NCBI GenBank assembly: GCA_021823345.1
Contig: JAKAOF010000001.1
Coordinates: forward strand, 26,062-90,061
Length of the DNA stretch: 64,000 nucleotides
Direction: 5' to 3'
Origin: Thermoplasmata archaeon
Lineage (GTDB): Archaea > Thermoplasmatota > Thermoplasmata > Lutacidiplasmatales > UBA184
The notes under the pieces: model-generated
The model's input: only the letters and a program-made list of their open reading frames with translations
Told to the model about the DNA's origin: nothing
The model's database searches: none
Made by a program: the position numbers and the translations under genes
In this document: positions 48,601-56,791 of the stretch, piece by piece
Position numbering within the stretch: the first letter of the stretch is position 1
How the letters are laid out: each line of letters starts with the position of its first letter

Positions 48601-49527
48601 CATGATCCCGGGGGCCAGTTGGATCGCCGGGGCCACCGGAGAAACCCCGATGGTAATGGATCCGACCCCCACGCTGCACGTGCAGCCGCCGGCATCATCG
48701 TCCAAGGTGTACCCCCCCGAGGTGCTGGAGCTCCCGTTCTGGAGGAAGAGGCCCGGATAGGGCCCCGTGACCGCCGTGACGTCGGCGTCGAAGATGATGG
48801 GGGGGGCAAAGCCCGTGGCCCAGGTGAGTCCGCCCACCGCCGCGCAACAGATCGTGAGCCCGTTGTTTTGGGTGATCGTGGGCCCCGAGACCACCACGTA
48901 ACCGGAGGAGACCGTGGTCCCGGCGAAATCATCGTAGAAATCAAAGACGGTCGCGCCGTCATCGAATGCGGCATAGGTAGCGGACAGTTGCGGCGCTTCT
49001 CCGATCGGGCCCGCGCTCGATAGCAGAAAACAAGTTGTCGGGGCGAAGTCCATCCCGACCTGGACGGTGCCGAGGGCAGGGATCGACGCCAGCCGTAGCC
49101 AGACCACGGTGCTGGTGCTCGTGTTGGTGGCTCCCGACTCGATCCAGGCCGGGATCAAGCCGCCGGAGGACAACCGGAATTCGACATTGGACCAGTTGGA
49201 GTTGATGTAGCGGGCGAAGGTCGCGGAATCGATCGTCAGTTGCTCTTGGAATGGGGAGGGGGTCGGGGCGGACTGGGAGTTCGTGATCGTGATCGGCGTC
49301 TCCTCCACCACCGGGCATGTCGACAACGGCCGAGCGTCTCGTACTTCGAACGTTCGTGTCGGTGCTCCACCGAGCGAAGGCCCTGGGCCGGCAATATCCG
49401 CGGTCGCGGCGTGCGGCGATGGCGCCGGAATATCCCACCAGGCCATGGGCGCCACGATGAGAAGGGGGGCAAGGACGATCGCCGCGCAAAGGAGAGGGAC
49501 AAGATAGGGGGTACGAACGGCGGTCAT
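45655..49527 (-). CDS. large N-glycosylated cell-surface protein: signal/TM, DUF2341-like domain, about 8 SprB/Ig-like repeats, C-terminal TM, cytoplasmic Pro-rich tail with zinc ribbon
   Basis: 1290 aa. Repeats of about 90 aa carry GGxxPYxYxW...C...GATG...YCY. More than 25 NxS/T sequons. TM YLPYLLVIAILGAIVAVGILIL, then RRRRAR. Tail ends in CVLCGG...CERCG. Confidence 0.8.
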   Translation of the reverse strand: MTAVRTPYLVPLLCAAIVLAPLLIVAPMAWWDIPAPSPHAATADIAGPGPSLGGAPTRTFEVRDARPLSTCPVVEETPITITNSQSAPTPSPFQEQLTIDSATFARYINSNWSNVEFRLSSGGLIPAWIESGATNTSTSTVVWLRLASIPALGTVQVGMDFAPTTCFLLSSAGPIGEAPQLSATYAAFDDGATVFDFYDDFAGTTVSSGYVVVSGPTITQNNGLTICCAAVGGLTWATGFAPPIIFDADVTAVTGPYPGLFLQNGSSSTSGGYTLDDDAGGCTCSVGVGSITIGVSPVAPAIQLAPGIMGGAWTATGSQTWYENYVAYAGTSTTYALPSAEYVSYALVAASLSTASISLQWARVHAYPPNGVMPTASYGSTIAPVAAGPATPGTPAIDSGQSIALSVSISGGTSPYTYQWYTGNLSSCSSNSVVSGATGTSLSVAPTTNTSYCYTVTDLAGASSSSTLDTVKVYPVLSANTPIPPTGKVDAGQLLHLSSNVSGGAPPYSYQWFSGNSSSCASDSVITGATAWNYTVLLNATRYYCYFVGDSSLGSPSAGSQSPTAWAVVNSSLLAGPPSPTSVAIDIGQSVRLSSAPTGGTLPYSFQWYSSSQNTIPCSSGAPVSGATGASWTGALSGTAYFCYIVSDSATTPSVVDSSWSLVTVNPALRAAGPSPGNSSIDVGQSLNLTATPSGGTLPWSLQWYESSGSPSSCSNGTMVANSNSTHLTVAPTTTAKFCYLVTDHASTPAVVASNWSIVTVRPALGAGSITPGNPTISIGQSLLLKASPLGGSPPYLLAWYSGAQSNCGLDSLVASAHGMDLNVTPTSATYYCYSVSDSSVGIPAVHTMSPSDLVGVAPPALKVLSFQALPSNLTLGQGTNLSVQVTGGDLPYTYHYSGLPSGCTSTNASHLTCVPSSAGMYNVSILATDPFGQSTTAATTLDVHPAIPPLAVALSANRTSVTTGEGFELTILLQGGQAPYQYVWLLNGTNDTKAPDASQWALSLDYPGNYSFQADVRDARGTIATTATVHVLVQSPSSPPNKAPSVISEYLPYLLVIAILGAIVAVGILILRRRRARSGASNRAENTGVREPPGATDAPTAVAAPSEGLSAGMPLTSMHGEGASAQGIPPPPAATLPPSPPPTTPTSYAPLSCVLCGGRVTSDLVCERCGYEIVPGSREPRKVEPAPESSTVPTEGPRHPGPTSTRPSDGAASANVARTNQGPRSEAPKPPAPGAGGSGPEDSRPPQPGGAARSPDSVEDITRELENWLKKKGKSGNGPKDPPGDTSGA
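46420..48360 (-). repeat. tandem protein-coding repeats (~270 nt units) encoding SprB/Ig-like modules
   Basis: About 7–8 repeat units, visible in translation at aa ~390–1035 of the surface protein. Confidence 0.6.
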
Positions 49528-49600
49528 CCTGTGTATATTACACGGCCAATCGGTATGAAAAAGGTTATGGAGGGCCCTCCCGCCGCAACCGGGACCTCGG

Positions 49601-50743
49601 TCAGCGCGGACCGAAGAGTTCGCGGGCCGATAGCATCTTCAACGTCTCGTTCGAGCCATGGGCGAGACCCCCGGAACGGACATCCCGCCACCGCTGTTCA
49701 TGGGGGAGCTTGGAGGAGTACCCTGCACCGCCGTGGAACTGGATCGCGTGGTCGAGCACCCGCAACGCGACCGAGTTCGCCATCCACTTCGCCATCCCCG
49801 CGCGACCGGGGGTGGCCTTCGAGGTCTCGATCTCCGTGAGGACCTGCTCGAGGTAGAGTCGGGTCGCATCGAGGAGCGCTCGGTCCTCGGCCAGGGCAAA
49901 GCCGACCGCCTCGAGATCCCCGAGGCGGGTGCCGAACACCTTGCGAGAACGAGCATGGCCGATCACCTCGGTGAGCGACGACTCGGCGAGGGCGAGATAG
50001 ATCACGGCCAACATCACTCGTTCCTCGGTGAGCTCCTCGACGAGGTAGTGGAGCGCCTGTCCTTCCTCCCCGATCTGATGGGTCAACGGCACCCGGACCG
50101 CGTCATAGTGGACGGTTCCCCGCCGCATCCATCGTTCTCCCATATCGCCATGGGGCTCGACCGTGATCCCCCGGGTATCGCTCGGAACGAGGAAGGCCGT
50201 CAGTCCGCCGCCGGCTTCCTTGGGGCCCGTGCGGGCATAGACGATCGCTGCCTCCGCATCGACCGCGAACGCCGCCTCGCTCTTGGTTCCCTGGAGCACG
50301 TACTGTTCCGTGGATCCATCGGCGACCCTGTCCGCGGTCATCGAGAGCGAGCGAACGTCCGAACCCGCACCGGGTTCGGTGATCTGATTTCCCACGAGGC
50401 GCTCCCCGCGCAGCAGCGGCAAGTACCACCGCTCCCGGAGCTCCGGAGCTGCGCGCCGGAGCACCGCGCAGAACTCGGGTTGGAGGACGAGCTTGGCGAA
50501 CACGCTTCCCCCCTGAGCCGCCAGCTCTTCGAGGAGGACGGCTTCGGTGCGGAAGCTCCACCCCCGGCCGCCGAACGACGGAGGCACCCGGGGTCCCAGC
50601 CATCCCCGGGTCCCCAGGGCCCGATATTCCTCCCAGGGAAAGGCGGGCGACGCATCGAGCGCCTTGGAGCGCGGTGCCAGGTGATACTGGTTCGCGAACT
50701 CCCGCACTTCCTCGCGCAGCGTGGTGAGGTCGACCGTGGTCAT
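49601..50743 (-). CDS. acyl-CoA dehydrogenase
   Basis: 380 aa ACAD fold (NQITEPGAGSD, C-terminal GGxGY). Confidence 0.85.
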   Translation of the reverse strand: MTTVDLTTLREEVREFANQYHLAPRSKALDASPAFPWEEYRALGTRGWLGPRVPPSFGGRGWSFRTEAVLLEELAAQGGSVFAKLVLQPEFCAVLRRAAPELRERWYLPLLRGERLVGNQITEPGAGSDVRSLSMTADRVADGSTEQYVLQGTKSEAAFAVDAEAAIVYARTGPKEAGGGLTAFLVPSDTRGITVEPHGDMGERWMRRGTVHYDAVRVPLTHQIGEEGQALHYLVEELTEERVMLAVIYLALAESSLTEVIGHARSRKVFGTRLGDLEAVGFALAEDRALLDATRLYLEQVLTEIETSKATPGRAGMAKWMANSVALRVLDHAIQFHGGAGYSSKLPHEQRWRDVRSGGLAHGSNETLKMLSARELFGPR

Positions 50744-52026
50744 GGTTTTCGCGCAGGGCGCCTTCCGCCGGGGCGATAGGCGCCGATCACGTTAAGCTTC
50801 CGCAACTGGCGGGTCCGATCCGGACCGTACCCGAGGATCGAGCCCAGCACCCGCTGATTGTCCTGGCCCAGCCAGGGGGCCCCCCGCCATACCCGTCCCG
50901 GGGTGCGGGAGAGCTTCGGGACGATCCCGGCGCCACGCACCTTGCCGAGCACGGGATCCATCCAGGAAAGGAGCATCTCCCGGGACCGGTACTGGGGGTT
51001 GTCGGCGATGTCCTGCATCGTGAATATCGGGGAGAAGGCGATGTCGTGGCGCAATCCTTCCTGCTCCAACTCCGCCTGGGTCGCTCGACGGGTGAGGGCG
51101 GAGATACGACGATTGACGAGCTCCCGATGGGCGACCCGCCAGGCCATCGAGTTCCAATCCGGGGTATCCGGGAGGGACGCCCACTCGCGGAGGCGCTTCC
51201 AGCTCCGCGGGGTCGGTGCGGCGAGCACGATCCATCCATCCTTGGCCGGGAAGATCTCGTAAGGGTGGAGGCGAGGATGGGCATTGCCGTACCGGCCCCG
51301 TACCTTGCCCTGAAGGAAGTAATCGAGCGCCATGTTCTCCATCATGAGGAAGAAGACCTCGTACTGGGCGACGTCCACCACCTGGCCCTGACCGGAAGCC
51401 TGGGCGTGGACGTACGCCATGAGGGCGCCCAGCGCGGTGGCCATCCCGGTCACCAGGTCGTTGATGGCGGTACCGGACTGGGTGGGCGGTTCGGGGGGCG
51501 GCTTTCCCTGGGCGGACAGGAAACCGCTGAACGCTTGGGCGATGATGTCGTAGGACGGCCGCATCACGTAGCCCGGGTCACCCGACTGCCCAAAGCCGGA
51601 GACGTGGGCGATGACGATCTTGCGGTTCGCCTTCAGCACGGTGGCGTCGCTCAACCGGAACTTGTCGAAGGTCCCCGGGCGGGACGCGTCGATCCAGATG
51701 TCCGAACGGGCGACCAGGTCAAGGAAGACCTCGCGGCCCTCCGGTCGTGTCACGTCGAGCCCGAGCGAGAGCTTGTTCCGCGAGTACTGGACCCAGGATT
51801 CCGAGACCGTGTCCTCCGGGGGAGATCCTTGGGGGAGCATGGGGGGAAGGATCCGGGTCGGGTCGGCGTAGGGTGGGGCGAAGGGCGTGCCTTCCACGTG
51901 GATGATCTCGGCACCGAAATCACCGAGGATCGTCGCAGCCCAAGGACCCGCCACGACCCGGCCGGTGTCCAGGACCCGGATCCCGCGCAACGGTCCGAAG
52001 CGGGGTACGATCCTTCGGGACGGCAT
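50740..52026 (-). CDS. CoA-transferase family III (CaiB/BaiF/Frc-like)
   Basis: N-terminal GIRVLDTGRVVAGPWAATILGDFGAEIIHVE is the family-III signature. 4-nt overlap with the ACAD gene. Confidence 0.85.
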   Translation of the reverse strand: MPSRRIVPRFGPLRGIRVLDTGRVVAGPWAATILGDFGAEIIHVEGTPFAPPYADPTRILPPMLPQGSPPEDTVSESWVQYSRNKLSLGLDVTRPEGREVFLDLVARSDIWIDASRPGTFDKFRLSDATVLKANRKIVIAHVSGFGQSGDPGYVMRPSYDIIAQAFSGFLSAQGKPPPEPPTQSGTAINDLVTGMATALGALMAYVHAQASGQGQVVDVAQYEVFFLMMENMALDYFLQGKVRGRYGNAHPRLHPYEIFPAKDGWIVLAAPTPRSWKRLREWASLPDTPDWNSMAWRVAHRELVNRRISALTRRATQAELEQEGLRHDIAFSPIFTMQDIADNPQYRSREMLLSWMDPVLGKVRGAGIVPKLSRTPGRVWRGAPWLGQDNQRVLGSILGYGPDRTRQLRKLNVIGAYRPGGRRPARKP

Positions 52027-52101
52027 GGTGGTGCTCGAAGAGACCGTATTCCCCGTGCTATTTGACCGAGAGCCCGTTCCCGGGGCCCGGGAGGTCGGGA
52101 C

Positions 52102-54339
52102 CTACCGGTAGATCCCTTCGACGGGGGGGAGCTGCTTGCGGATCACACCCGAGGCGGCCGAGAAGGACTTCCCGAACTCCTCATAGAACTTGATGAGGTC
52201 CGGGGTCACGGAGGGGTGCATCGCCGCCTTCGCCGCCTCGAAGTGCACTTGGGTCACCTTTCCTGGGGTGCTCGCTTCGCGGAGCGCCTGCATCCCGGCC
52301 TCCCGGCAGAGGGCCGCAAGGTCGCTGCCGACGTATCCTTCGGTGTCGGCGGCGATGTTCTCCAGCTCGACGTTGAAGAGCGGCATGCGGGCCGTGTGCA
52401 CCTTGAGGATCTCCAGGCGGGCGGCCGCGTCCGGCGGGGCCACGTAGATGAGCCGATCGAACCGGCCGGCCCGCAGCAGGGCGTCGTCGAGCATGTCGGG
52501 CCGGTTGGTGGCGCCGATGACGACGACGTTCTGGAGCGGTTCGAGGCCGTCGATCGACGTCAGCAGTTGGTTCACCGCCGACTCCGTCACGATGCTCACG
52601 GGCCCGCCGGTGCCGCGGCGCGCGGCCATCGCATCCACCTCGTCGATGAAGACGATGGCCGGGGCGGCGGAGCGGGCCTTCTTGAAGATCATCCGGATCG
52701 CTTTCTCGGTCTCGCCGACCCACTTGCTCAAGAGCTCGGGGCCCTTGATGGAGATGAAATTGGCCTGGCTCTCGGTGGCGACGGCCTTGGCGAGCATGGT
52801 CTTCCCCGTGCCCGGGGGACCGTAGAGCAAGATCCCGTGGGGCGGGTCGACCCCCACCATCCGGAACATCTCCGGCTTCGTGAACGGAAGCTCGACAGCC
52901 TCCCGGAGGGCCTGCTTCACCGGGGAAAGTCCCCCGACGTCCGCCCACCGGACCCTCGGGATCTCCACGGTGACATCGCGCAGGCTCGAGGGCTCGACGT
53001 TGCGCATGGCATCCCGGAAGTCGTCCCGCGTGACCTTCATCTTCTCCAGGAAGGGGACCGAGATGGGCTTGTCGAAGTCGATCTCCGGGAGGTACCGGCG
53101 CAAGGCATTCATCGCCGCCTCCCGGCTGACGGCGGCGAGGTCCGCCCCCACATATCCGTGGGTCAGCTGGGACATCTCGACGAGGATCTCCTCTTTCGCC
53201 CGGTCGGTGCCCTCGATGGGCATGCCTCGCGTGTGGATCTGCAAGATCTCCTTTCGCCCTTCGAGCGTGGGGACGCCGATCTCGATCTCCCGGTCGAACC
53301 GTCCTGGCCGCCGCAGCGCAGGATCGATGGCATCTTCGCGGTTCGTGGCCCCGATGACGATCACATTTCCCCGTCCCGAGAGACCGTCCATGAGGGTGAG
53401 CAGCTGGGCCACCACCCGGCGCTCGACCTCTCCGGTGACCTCGTCCCGGCGCGGGGCGATGGAGTCGAGCTCGTCGAGGAAGATGACGGAGGGGGCGTTC
53501 TTCTCGGCCTCCTCGAACTTCTCGCGGAGCACCTTCTCGCTCTCCCCGTAGTACTTGGACATGATCTCGGGTCCGGCGATGGAGATGAAGTAGGCTCCCG
53601 CCTCGTTCGCGACCGCCTTTGCAATGAGGGTCTTCCCCGTGCCGGGGGGTCCGTAGAGCAAGACCCCCTTGGGGGGGGTGATCGCCAGCCGATCGAAAAG
53701 CTCGGGGTGTTTGAGGGGGAGCTCGATGACCTCCCGGATACGGGAGAGCTTCTCCTTGAGGCCCCCGATGTCCTCGTAGGAGACCTTGGGGGCTGAGATG
53801 TCCCGTTCGGTGACGGTCTTCTCCGACACCGAAAGCTGGGTCGACGCCGTGACGTGGACGAATCCCTTGGGAACGGTGGACAGGACCACGAAGGGGAGCG
53901 ACCCGCCGCGATAGGACACGCCGGGGATCACGAACACGTCGCCCCGAGTGAGGGGCTTTCGCGTGACGGTCAGGGCGCGGATGAGGAACTCGTCGAGGCC
54001 GGGTCCGAGGTTGATCTCGGCCGCTTCCGAGGAGATCGGCGATATCGCCAACCGTTCCGCCGCACTGCAACCGGCCTTGCGCACGACCACGCGGTCCCCG
54101 ATGGACACCCCGGCATTGCTGCGAAGGAGCGCTTCCATCCGGACGATGTTCTTCGGAGAAGCGTCCTCGTGGAGCTTGCCGATGAGCGCCGCCGTCGATC
54201 GCTTGGGACCCTGGATCTCGATGACGTCCCCGGGCTCAGCCTCCAAGCGGTCCCAGACGGAAGAATCGACGCGGGCGATGCTGAACCCAATGTCCTTCTG
54301 GAGCGCTTCCGCCACTCGCAGGGTCAGGGAGACGGACAT
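52102..54339 (-). CDS. cdc48: Cdc48/VCP-like AAA+ ATPase
   Basis: N domain plus two AAA modules (Walker A GPPGTGKT x2, SRH). I start at the internal ATG 54339 (745 aa). The track ORF extends 140 aa upstream into an apparently non-coding leader. Confidence 0.9.
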   Translation of the reverse strand: MSVSLTLRVAEALQKDIGFSIARVDSSVWDRLEAEPGDVIEIQGPKRSTAALIGKLHEDASPKNIVRMEALLRSNAGVSIGDRVVVRKAGCSAAERLAISPISSEAAEINLGPGLDEFLIRALTVTRKPLTRGDVFVIPGVSYRGGSLPFVVLSTVPKGFVHVTASTQLSVSEKTVTERDISAPKVSYEDIGGLKEKLSRIREVIELPLKHPELFDRLAITPPKGVLLYGPPGTGKTLIAKAVANEAGAYFISIAGPEIMSKYYGESEKVLREKFEEAEKNAPSVIFLDELDSIAPRRDEVTGEVERRVVAQLLTLMDGLSGRGNVIVIGATNREDAIDPALRRPGRFDREIEIGVPTLEGRKEILQIHTRGMPIEGTDRAKEEILVEMSQLTHGYVGADLAAVSREAAMNALRRYLPEIDFDKPISVPFLEKMKVTRDDFRDAMRNVEPSSLRDVTVEIPRVRWADVGGLSPVKQALREAVELPFTKPEMFRMVGVDPPHGILLYGPPGTGKTMLAKAVATESQANFISIKGPELLSKWVGETEKAIRMIFKKARSAAPAIVFIDEVDAMAARRGTGGPVSIVTESAVNQLLTSIDGLEPLQNVVVIGATNRPDMLDDALLRAGRFDRLIYVAPPDAAARLEILKVHTARMPLFNVELENIAADTEGYVGSDLAALCREAGMQALREASTPGKVTQVHFEAAKAAMHPSVTPDLIKFYEEFGKSFSAASGVIRKQLPPVEGIYR

Positions 54340-54682
54340 GCACCCAACAATTAGACCGGGCGGGGATAAGGCTTTCTTCGTTTTTTGGAAAAGTGACTTC
54401 TCCCTTGCGTGAACCGTCGAATTCTTGGGGAAAACCGGCGGGGGCTCGGGCACCGGACGTTCCGAGCGCCGGGCGTAGTGGGAGCCCATCCTTCCGCGTA
54501 GGGCGTGGGTCCCGCCACTGCCCTTCAGTTCCGGTCGTCCCCCCTGGCCGGGGGTTCCCGGCAAGTGCGAAATACTAGTGATTCCGTACGTCAGAGGATG
54601 CGCATCACCCACCCGGCAGTTCTCCCCTCCACCGGTATGTCCGTTACGGACGGTAGGCTCGAGCTTCTCGTCGTGTGACCTC

Positions 54683-56617
54683 ATGGTGTCGAAACGATTT
54701 AGTCGGCCGGGTACCCTCCTTCCGAAAGCGCGGTCCCGCTTCGTGAGCTCCACGGTCACCTCGCTCTTCGACTACGGCGTGATCGGGAACATGCACACGG
54801 CGAGCTTGATCTCGAACCAGGGAAGCATCGACTGGGCCTGCATGCCCCGCTTCGCCTCCCCGAGCGTGTTCGGCCGTCTCCTGGATCCGAAGAAGGGGGG
54901 GTTCCAACAGGTCTCTCCGGTCGAAAGGTTCGTCTCGACCCAGTCGTACCGCGCCAGCACGAACATCCTGGAGACCTTCTTCCATCTCTCCAACGACCGC
55001 TCGCTGCAGGTGACGGACTTCATGCCGATCTTCGACACCGCCGCATCGGAAGAGGCCACGATGATCGTCCGCCGGATCGAGGCCCGGCGGGGACCGGTCC
55101 CCATCCGCACCGCCTTCGCTCCCGCCTTTGACTACGCCCAGGCCCGCACTCAGGTCGGCCGGGCGGACGGGCGCATCCTCGCCACCGCGGGTTCCTACCA
55201 GATGGCCTACGTGCCTCCTCCCGGGGAAACGCGGTTGGGCTCGGACCGAGTGGAGACGTCCTCCGAGGTGCGCCCCGGGGTCCCCGTCACGGTGGAGCTC
55301 TTCTGGGGGGGCCGCCGACCCACCGCCGACTCCGCGGAGAAGCTCCTCGACCGCACGGAGCGGTATTGGCGGCGATGGATAGCGGACGCCGTTCCTCGGA
55401 GGCAGCGCGTCTCCGCGAACGCATCCCAACGGGTGGAGCGTTCGACGTTGCTCCTCAAGCTGCTCTCGCATCGGGATACCGGTGCCTTCGTCGCCGCTCC
55501 GACCACCTCGTTGCCGGAGTGGCCGGGAGGTACCCGGAACTGGGACTATCGATATTCTTGGGTGAGGGACACGGCGATGATCGCCACGGCCCTGACTCGC
55601 CTCGGTCATGTGGGGGAGGCCCGGTCCTTCCTCCGCTGGTCCCTGGGCAGGTCCCACTTGAGAAAGGATGGCAAGATCTGCGTGCTCTACGGCGTGCACG
55701 GGGAGACCGACCTGACGGAACGCGAGCTTCCCCATCTGTCGGGCTACCTCAATTCCCGTCCGGTCCGGATCGGGAACGGCGCCGAGTACCAGTTCCAGCT
55801 CGACATCTACGGGAGCCTTCTCAGTCTGGCCTACCAGATGACCGAGGTGGACGCCCCCTTCGTCGCCCTCGAGTGGCCACAGGTCGCTCAGCTCGCCACG
55901 GACGTGATGGAGTTGTGGGGCACGCCGGACTGCGGGATATGGGAGGTCCGCGGACCTCCGGTGAATTACGTACATTCCAAGTTGATGGCCTGGGTCGCCC
56001 TGGACCGAGCGTCCCGGCTCGCCGTCCGGTTCGGGCACCGAGCGGAAGCGATGCGGTGGGGTGAGGAGGCCACGAAGGTCCGCACCGCCGTGCTCGAGCA
56101 TGGCTTCGATCGCCGCGTCAATGCGTTCGTCCAGTCCTTCGAGCATCATGTGGCGGATGCCTCCGTTCTCCGGATACCCATTGAGGGCATGCTCCCGTAC
56201 ACGGACCCGCGCGTGCTCGGGACGATCGAATACGTGCGTCGGCATCTTGCGCGGGGTCCCTTTGTCTACCGGTACCGGAGACCGGATGGCATCGCGGGTC
56301 CGGAGGGGGCCTTCCTGTTGTGCTCGTTCTGGTTGATCGAATGTCTGGCCCGGTCGGGTCAGCGGGAGCTGGCGGAAGAGTATTGGAGCGCCCTCATGGC
56401 CTCTTCCGGTCCCCTCGGGCTCTTCTCCGAGGAGTTCGATCCCAAGTCCGGCACTCCCCTCGGGAATTTCCCTCAGGCGTTCACCCATATCGGGGTCATC
56501 CAGGCGGCGCTCGCCCTGGAGCACTCCGATGCCGTCCCCGCGGGGGTCAACCCGCCCGTTCCGAAACCCTCAGCGGGCACCGGGAAGGTCCCGGCGTCAC
56601 CGCGCAGAAGTTCGTGA
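54683..56617 (+). CDS. glycoside hydrolase family 15 (glucoamylase/glucodextranase-like)
   Basis: N-terminal beta-sandwich (YGVIGNMHTASLISNQGSIDWACMPRF), then an (alpha/alpha)6 catalytic domain. Internal ATG 54683. Confidence 0.8.
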   Translation: MVSKRFSRPGTLLPKARSRFVSSTVTSLFDYGVIGNMHTASLISNQGSIDWACMPRFASPSVFGRLLDPKKGGFQQVSPVERFVSTQSYRASTNILETFFHLSNDRSLQVTDFMPIFDTAASEEATMIVRRIEARRGPVPIRTAFAPAFDYAQARTQVGRADGRILATAGSYQMAYVPPPGETRLGSDRVETSSEVRPGVPVTVELFWGGRRPTADSAEKLLDRTERYWRRWIADAVPRRQRVSANASQRVERSTLLLKLLSHRDTGAFVAAPTTSLPEWPGGTRNWDYRYSWVRDTAMIATALTRLGHVGEARSFLRWSLGRSHLRKDGKICVLYGVHGETDLTERELPHLSGYLNSRPVRIGNGAEYQFQLDIYGSLLSLAYQMTEVDAPFVALEWPQVAQLATDVMELWGTPDCGIWEVRGPPVNYVHSKLMAWVALDRASRLAVRFGHRAEAMRWGEEATKVRTAVLEHGFDRRVNAFVQSFEHHVADASVLRIPIEGMLPYTDPRVLGTIEYVRRHLARGPFVYRYRRPDGIAGPEGAFLLCSFWLIECLARSGQRELAEEYWSALMASSGPLGLFSEEFDPKSGTPLGNFPQAFTHIGVIQAALALEHSDAVPAGVNPPVPKPSAGTGKVPASPRRSS

Positions 56618-56791
56618 GCGGAACCGACCTGCCAAGCTCCTTTTCGCGTTCCGCGCCGAACGAACCTCTAATAGACTTCCGCGTTCACCCACACTCGATG
56701 CCGTGGGCTGCGGAAGGCCGAGAGCTGGGAAGTTCGGTGAGCCGCCACGGGGTACCGTGGGACTTCGAGCCTCCCGCCCGGGCGTGAGACC

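Noticed and set aside
52181-54070. 629-aa minus-strand ORF in an alternate frame of cdc48
   Set aside because: Same strand but a different frame, Arg/Gly/Pro-rich. The Cdc48 frame carries both Walker A/B sets.
54340-54759. 140-aa N-terminal extension of the cdc48 track ORF
   Set aside because: Gly/Arg/Pro-rich low complexity with no N-domain features. The conserved Cdc48 N domain begins at Met 54339, so I treat the extension as 5' leader.
54644-56524. 626-aa minus-strand ORF antisense to the GH15 gene
   Set aside because: No domain. GH15 signatures are on the plus strand.
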